From Clostridia bacterium (lineage in GTDB: Bacteria > Bacillota > DTU086): a stretch of DNA of 64,000 nucleotides. Position numbers and translations under genes: made by a program. Position 1 is the first letter of the stretch. Each line of letters begins with the position of its first letter. The stretch lies in assembly GCA_012523575.1 (NCBI GenBank), contig JAAYIF010000039.1, positions 3,084-67,083 on the forward strand, given 5' to 3'. Shown here piece by piece: positions 59,011-64,000 of the stretch. The notes below the pieces were generated by a model. The model was not told the DNA's origin, did no database searches, and saw only the letters and a program-made list of their open reading frames with translations.

Positions 59011-60240
59011 TTAAGTTCTGTAAGAAGCGTTAATGCGCACATAATCATAGGACAAATCGCAGGTCCACGCCCAGGCTGAAGCTTCCCCTTCATTGAAATT
59101 TATGATTATCTCAATTTCCTTCTCCGCCAGTATCCGGGCAGCCTTCTCCTCGCTGAAGGGAAGCCCCATTCCTCCCCGGGCAGTCTGCTCAATACCCCCT
59201 TTACTTTTAAGAAATATATCAACCTTTGAGGGATCAAAGGGAATACCGGTTTTTCCGCACGCAGCCAGTATCCGCCCCCAGTTGGCATCTTCTCCAAAAA
59301 GAGCCGTTTTAACCAAACTGGATGTGGCTACGGAAAGGGCAAGCTTACGGGCTTCTTCAACGCCGGAAGCCCCTGTTACTTCTATTTCAACAAACTTCGT
59401 AGCCCCTTCCCCGTCCCTCACTATATCCTTGGCCAGTTCAAGGCAGACTCTCTCCAAAGCCCTTAAGAATTTAAAATACGCGGGAGTTTCGGAATCAATG
59501 ACGGGATTTTTTGACAGACCGTTGGCCAGCACCACAACCATATCATTGGTGCTGGTATCCCCGTCAACGGTTATCATGTTAAAACTCCTGTCCACAGCAT
59601 ATTTAAGGGCTTTTTTTAGCATATCGGGTGAGACCGCCGCATCGGTGGCTATAAATCCCAGCATAGTGGCCATATTGGGATGAATCATTCCCGACCCTTT
59701 GGCAATACCGCCCACGGTTACCGTGACCCCGTCCAGATCAAACCGCACCGCAAATTCCTTTGGGTAGGTATCCGTGGTCATTATTGCTTCCGCAGCGGCA
59801 GATCCCCCATGGGAAGAAAGTTTTTCAGCGGCTTCATATATTCCCCTCTGGATTTTATCCATGGGCAGGGGAACCCCTATCACCCCCGTTGAAGCCACCA
59901 CCACTTCCTCCGGCTTTATCCCCAGAACATTGGCCGCAGTTTCCGCCATCTTCTCCGCATCCTTCATACCCCTGTCCCCGGTACATGCATTGGCATTGCC
60001 GCTGTTAACCACTACAGCCCTTGCCCTGCCGCTGCTTAAATGCTTCTGTGATAAGATAACCGGGGCAGCCTTAACGGTATTCCGGGTAAAAACCCCCGCT
60101 GCTGAAGCCTCTTTCTCAGTATAAATTAATGCCAGATCAGCCCTGCTGCGCTTAATTCCGCAGTGAAGGCCGGAAGCTTTAAAGCCCTGAACCGCCGTAA
60201 CACCGCCCTCTATTACTTCCATGTCCAAATCTTCCCGCAC
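59011..60240 (-). CDS. argJ: Bifunctional ornithine acetyltransferase/N-acetylglutamate synthase ArgJ
   Basis: 409 aa with the autoprocessing site ATMLGFIATDA. Confidence 0.92.
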   Translation of the reverse strand: MREDLDMEVIEGGVTAVQGFKASGLHCGIKRSRADLALIYTEKEASAAGVFTRNTVKAAPVILSQKHLSSGRARAVVVNSGNANACTGDRGMKDAEKMAETAANVLGIKPEEVVVASTGVIGVPLPMDKIQRGIYEAAEKLSSHGGSAAAEAIMTTDTYPKEFAVRFDLDGVTVTVGGIAKGSGMIHPNMATMLGFIATDAAVSPDMLKKALKYAVDRSFNMITVDGDTSTNDMVVVLANGLSKNPVIDSETPAYFKFLRALERVCLELAKDIVRDGEGATKFVEIEVTGASGVEEARKLALSVATSSLVKTALFGEDANWGRILAACGKTGIPFDPSKVDIFLKSKGGIEQTARGGMGLPFSEEKAARILAEKEIEIIINFNEGEASAWAWTCDLSYDYVRINASYRT

Positions 60241-60270
60241 AGGAAACCCTCCCTTATAAAAGCCGTCTTT

Positions 60271-61326
60271 TTAAGGACACAAGCCCGGTACCATAAGACC
60301 TTCTTCTTCAGGAAGCCCAAACATCAGGTTCATATTCTGCACCGCCTGACCGCTTGCTCCTTTAACAAGGTTATCTATGGCCGAAACCACCGTAATCCTC
60401 TTCGCTTCTCTGTCCGCATAGAAATTTATATCGCAGAAATTGGAGCCGTATACCCACCGGGTGCGGGGGAAAACCCCCTCGGGAAGAATGCGTACAAAGG
60501 GCTTTTGATAATAAAAATTTTCATAAAGCTTCCTAATCTCATCCTCTGCCATATCAATGGCCAGCTCAGCATATATGGTGCTCAAAATCCCCCTGGTGAT
60601 GGGTACAAGATGTGGTGTAAAGGTAATGCGCACAGGGGTTTTCCCAAGGTTTCCCAGCTCCTGCTCAATTTCCGGCCTGTGCCTGTGCCCCGAAACGCCG
60701 TAAGCACTAACGCTTTCATTGCACTCCACAAAATGAGTCTTCTCCGAAGGAGTACGGCCCGCTCCCGAAACCCCCGATTTGCTGTCCGCCACAATGCCCT
60801 CCGTTTTTATCACGCCGTATTTCAAGAGTGGTGCAAGACCCAGAATGATACTGGTGGGATAGCAGCCGGGATTGGCCACAACCGAAGCTTCGGAAATATC
60901 CTTCCCGTAAATTTCGGGCAAACCGTAAACCGCCCGGTGAAGAAGCTCCGGAGCACCGTGCTCAAGCCCGTACCAGTGTTCATATACCGATGGGTTTTTG
61001 AGCCTGAAATCAGCTCCCAGATCAATTACCTTAACCCCTGCCTCCAAAGCCCTTTTCACAATGGGCACAGAGTGCCCGTGGGGCAGAGCTACGAAAATAA
61101 CGTCGCATTGTTCCACAGCCCTGTCTATATCCTGCTCCTCACATATTTTTTCCACACAACCTTTAAGATTGGGATAAACACTGGAAATATCCTCTCCAAC
61201 GAAGCTCCTGGAAGACAGGAAGCCTATTTCCACCCGGGGATGCCCATAAAGAATCCTTACCAGTTCAGCCCCCGTATAACCTGTAGCACCAATGATTCCC
61301 GCTCTGATCAAAACCCAAACCCCCAT
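60271..61326 (-). CDS. argC: N-acetyl-gamma-glutamyl-phosphate reductase
   Basis: 351 aa. NAD-binding GATGYTG and the catalytic Cys region (ANPGCYPTS). Confidence 0.92.
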   Translation of the reverse strand: MGVWVLIRAGIIGATGYTGAELVRILYGHPRVEIGFLSSRSFVGEDISSVYPNLKGCVEKICEEQDIDRAVEQCDVIFVALPHGHSVPIVKRALEAGVKVIDLGADFRLKNPSVYEHWYGLEHGAPELLHRAVYGLPEIYGKDISEASVVANPGCYPTSIILGLAPLLKYGVIKTEGIVADSKSGVSGAGRTPSEKTHFVECNESVSAYGVSGHRHRPEIEQELGNLGKTPVRITFTPHLVPITRGILSTIYAELAIDMAEDEIRKLYENFYYQKPFVRILPEGVFPRTRWVYGSNFCDINFYADREAKRITVVSAIDNLVKGASGQAVQNMNLMFGLPEEEGLMVPGLCP

Positions 61327-61334
61327 TTTTGAAC

Positions 61335-61376
61335 TATTGATTAATAATTATACAAATACATGCATAGATATTCAAG
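61335..61376. promoter_or_regulatory. Putative ArgR/AhrC operator (ARG boxes) upstream of argC
   Basis: CATGCATAGATATTCAAG at 61359-61376 matches the B. subtilis-type ARG box (CATGAATAAAAATTCAAG-like) at about 15/18 positions. A weaker AT-rich half-palindromic box (ttgattaataattata) lies at 61335-61355. Both sit 10-50 bp upstream of the argC start. Confidence 0.4.
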
Positions 61377-61414
61377 AAAAAAAATAATCCCTTAAAGCCA
61401 AAAAATTTTGGTCT

Positions 61415-61678
61415 GCTTGTTGACAAACGTTATCTGCTGCAGTTTTCTCACTCCAGAACTCACGCCGGACAGCTCTAAACAAAGCTTAAAAGCAAAACCG
61501 GACCGCCCCAAATTCGGCATCCGTGCCTCAGGTTGGGGCTGGCGCCAACCTCCTGTTGGCGCCTCCCGGTTTTGCCTTACGCTTTGCCAAGAGCTGTTAG
61601 CCGGCGTTCGTTAAGTCGTTTCGCAAACTGCAACCGATACCTCATGAGATTTACTAAGGTAGTTTGTCTAAAGTCTAG
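61415..61678 (-). repeat. Structured intergenic repeat, copy H (subtype II, the only inverted copy); core 61431-61639
   Basis: On the + strand: gcttgttgacaaacg ... tatctgctgcagttttctcactc ... gcaaaaccgg ... ggcgccaacctcctgttggcgcc ... ccggttttgc ... ggcgttcgttaagtcgtttcgcaaactgcaaccgata ... gtagtttgtctaaagtctag. This is the reverse complement of the consensus. Confidence 0.85.
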
Positions 61679-61719
61679 CCAAAATTTTGGTTTTAAGGGA
61701 AAAAAACAAAGGTGGAAAA

Positions 61720-62025
61720 TTATAAAAGTAACAGCTTTGCAAAATAAACGGCACCAATTGAGCCCGCCACCACCACAAGGAGATTGAGCTCAAAAAATGC
61801 CAGCAGCACCGCAACCAATCCTCCGATAATACCAAAATAAACCTCCCCCGCTGAATAAAGCACCCCGGGAAAAATCAGTGCTCCCAGGACAGCATAGGGT
61901 ATGTTGTTAAGAAATCTTTTTAAAAAAGGAGCCATTTTTGCCCCGGGCAGAACCACTAATGGCAGGGCTCTGGGAATGTACGTAAGAAGCCCCATGATAA
62001 AAAATAAAAGGTATTTATTCATCAT
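61720..62025 (-). CDS. azlD: Branched-chain amino acid exporter small subunit AzlD
   Basis: 101 aa, 3 TM, AzlD family. Overlaps azlC by 11 nt. Confidence 0.8.
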   Translation of the reverse strand: MMNKYLLFFIMGLLTYIPRALPLVVLPGAKMAPFLKRFLNNIPYAVLGALIFPGVLYSAGEVYFGIIGGLVAVLLAFFELNLLVVVAGSIGAVYFAKLLLL

Positions 62026-62764
62026 GGTTTTCTCCCCCCTCCCCTGTTCCCGGAACCATCAACGCAGCCAGAATAGCCGCAGCAATAACAGCCCAGCCCT
62101 TGCTGATAAATAAACCTAAAATTCCGTTGAGAATCCCCGCCAGGACACCGATAAAAAGAACTTTTCGGGATTTTTTGCTCAAAGGGACCAAAAGCCCTAT
62201 AAACATTGCATAAAGAGCAATTCCCATGCTTTCCTGCAGGGTCTCCGGCAAAAACGCCCCAGCGGCAAAGCCTGCGGCGGAACCCAAAACCCAGGAACTA
62301 TAGGAAATAAGCTCCAGTGCCCCCAAATAACCGGAAGAGAGATATTTTTCCTTAACGCTTGCCACGGCAAAGGTCTCGTCGGTAATCCCAAAACTTAATA
62401 GGGCCCGTATTCCCCGGTGTTGAGCAAGCACTTTGGGAGACAAGGACAAACTCATTAATAAATGGCGCAGGTTGACCAGAAAAACCGCCGCTGCGATTTC
62501 CCCCATGCCCACCCCTGAAGCAATTAAATTTAAAGTCATAAACTGGCTGGCTCCGGCAAACACCATCACAGACATGGTCGTACACTCAAAAAAATTCAGG
62601 CCTACGGATTTGGCCAAAAGACCGTAGGCCATGGCTACGGGCCAGTATCCTAAAGCTATGGGGATTCCGTCCAAAAAACCCTTTTTTATACCCGAACCAT
62701 TCATTACCCGGATATCGACATTATCCACACCCATAACCCCAAAACCCCCGAAAAAATTGTTCAA
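62015..62764 (-). CDS. azlC: Branched-chain amino acid exporter AzlC
   Basis: 249 aa polytopic AzlC family protein. Confidence 0.8.
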   Translation of the reverse strand: MNNFFGGFGVMGVDNVDIRVMNGSGIKKGFLDGIPIALGYWPVAMAYGLLAKSVGLNFFECTTMSVMVFAGASQFMTLNLIASGVGMGEIAAAVFLVNLRHLLMSLSLSPKVLAQHRGIRALLSFGITDETFAVASVKEKYLSSGYLGALELISYSSWVLGSAAGFAAGAFLPETLQESMGIALYAMFIGLLVPLSKKSRKVLFIGVLAGILNGILGLFISKGWAVIAAAILAALMVPGTGEGGENHDE

Positions 62765-62820
62765 GGAAAAGACTATATGTAAAGAATTATATCAGCAATT
62801 CTCTTTTTTTAAATATCAAA

Positions 62821-63699
62821 TTAACTTTTTCTGCAACCCCCCAACAGATTTCTTAAGATCTGAACCCCCTGGTCAAGCCTGTAGGGAATTTCTTTTTCCA
62901 TCAATCCCCCTTCTTTAAAAAGCCGAGTAATCAGTGGACACCTCAATCCCCCACGGGATACAACCTCCTCATCGGTTAAAAGGGACGGCTCCCCTTCAGC
63001 CACCAGTATGCCGTCCCTCATTATAATCACCCAGTCCGCCCATTGAGCGGCAAAATCCACATCATGGGTAACCATAATTATGGTCTTCCCCTTTTCATGA
63101 AGCCCGTTTAAAATATCCCCTATCTGCTCCTGTCCCAAAGGATCCAGATAAGCCCAGGGTTCATCCAGGACAATAATCTCAGGGTCCATGGCAAGGACAC
63201 CGGCTATGGCTGCACGCTTCTTCTGCCCCCAGCTGAGCATGTACGGAGCCCTGTCCCTTAATTCAAAGGCTTCCACCTGTTTCAGGGCTTCTTCCACCCT
63301 TATTTCCACTTCATCCCTTTTAAGTCCCATATTAAGGGGGCCAAAGGCCACATCTTCCCACACAGTGGGGGCAAAGAGCTGATCATCGGGATTTTGAAAA
63401 ACCAAACCCACCTTTGCCTTCAACCATTTCTCCGTTTTCCTGCTGACCCTGCGCCCCAGAACAAAAACTTCCCCCTTCTGAGGAAGGAATATCCCGTTTA
63501 AATGCAAAATAAGGGTGGTTTTTCCCGCTCCGTTGGGCCCTAAAAGAGCCGTTTTTGAATTCAAAGGGACTTTTAGAGACAAGCCCTTTAAGGCTTCAAC
63601 CCCTCCGGGATAGGTATGGAAAAGATTTCTTATCTCCACTGCACAATTTTCAGCAGACAACTCATAAAGCCCCCTTATCCAGGAAAAAGACTGCCGCAC
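62821..63699 (-). CDS. cbiO: Energy-coupling factor/cobalt ABC transporter ATP-binding protein (CbiO/EcfA-like)
   Basis: Walker A GPNGAGKTT, signature LSWGQKKRAAIAGVLAM, Walker B IIVLDEP. Confidence 0.88.
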   Translation of the reverse strand: MRQSFSWIRGLYELSAENCAVEIRNLFHTYPGGVEALKGLSLKVPLNSKTALLGPNGAGKTTLILHLNGIFLPQKGEVFVLGRRVSRKTEKWLKAKVGLVFQNPDDQLFAPTVWEDVAFGPLNMGLKRDEVEIRVEEALKQVEAFELRDRAPYMLSWGQKKRAAIAGVLAMDPEIIVLDEPWAYLDPLGQEQIGDILNGLHEKGKTIIMVTHDVDFAAQWADWVIIMRDGILVAEGEPSLLTDEEVVSRGGLRCPLITRLFKEGGLMEKEIPYRLDQGVQILRNLLGGCRKS

Positions 63700-64000
63700 C
63701 CACCGCCGAAATCAGTATTCCCATAAGGTAGTCAGAGGACCGGGCCTTAAAGGAGGAAAGGGAAATGATTTCCCCTGTATAGCCCCGGGAAAGCATGGCC
63801 GTATAAATCCTTTCCCCCCGGCTGTAGGTACGCAGAAAAAGCATCCCGATGAGATGGGAAAGGGTATTCATGGTAAAAGCATTAAAAAAACTTTTTGCCG
63901 GTTTAAATCCCCGGGCTTTCCGGGCCGTGAACATTGTCCTGAGCTCATCGGTACATATATAAATATAACGCAGGGTAAATTCCGCAGTGCGCAGAAAAAC
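63662..64000 (-). CDS. cbiQ: Cobalt ECF transporter T component CbiQ, C-terminal part (gene continues past the window end)
   Basis: The C-terminal sequence ...LSRGYTGEIISLS... is typical of CbiQ/EcfT. Overlaps the cbiO start. Confidence 0.7.
   Translation of the reverse strand, partial: VFLRTAEFTLRYIYICTDELRTMFTARKARGFKPAKSFFNAFTMNTLSHLIGMLFLRTYSRGERIYTAMLSRGYTGEIISLSSFKARSSDYLMGILISAVGAAVFFLDKGAL

Overview
64 kb of chromosome from a Gram-positive, spore-forming anaerobe (Clostridia-like; roughly 47% GC by eye). It is gene-dense, mostly minus-strand and mostly housekeeping. Genes in order: C-terminal processing protease (partial), M23 peptidase, ftsX, ftsE, two CotF-like spore-coat genes, split transketolase, YitT-family protein, UbiB/ABC1 kinase, prfB (programmed +1 frameshift), secA, recD2, mtaB, hpf, a cold-shock protein, comFC/comFA, phosphohexomutase, DUF421 protein, DAG-kinase-like lipid kinase, a cell-envelope cluster (SH3 protein, wecA/tagO, fabZ, murJ-like flippase, csaB, large membrane protein), a TetR-RND-MFP efflux operon, NUDIX hydrolase, CBS-GGDEF protein, EamA transporter, ddl, Hsp20, class V FBP aldolase/phosphatase, SRAP peptidase, a PaaL-like permease/paaK/iorAB cluster, an argCJBDF-argG-argH arginine cluster interrupted by two universal stress protein genes, azlCD, and the start of a cobalt/ECF transporter. 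The signal not explained by genes is a ~210-260 bp intergenic element present in 8 copies (7 on the + strand, 1 inverted). It has nested terminal inverted repeats, two subtypes, and compensatory base changes that preserve stems, so it looks like a MITE-like structured DNA/RNA element. Also flagged: in-frame stop codons inside prfB (TAA) and mtaB (TGA), a tandem pair of perfect DnaA boxes, a palindromic operator upstream of the RND operon, and a likely ARG box upstream of argC.
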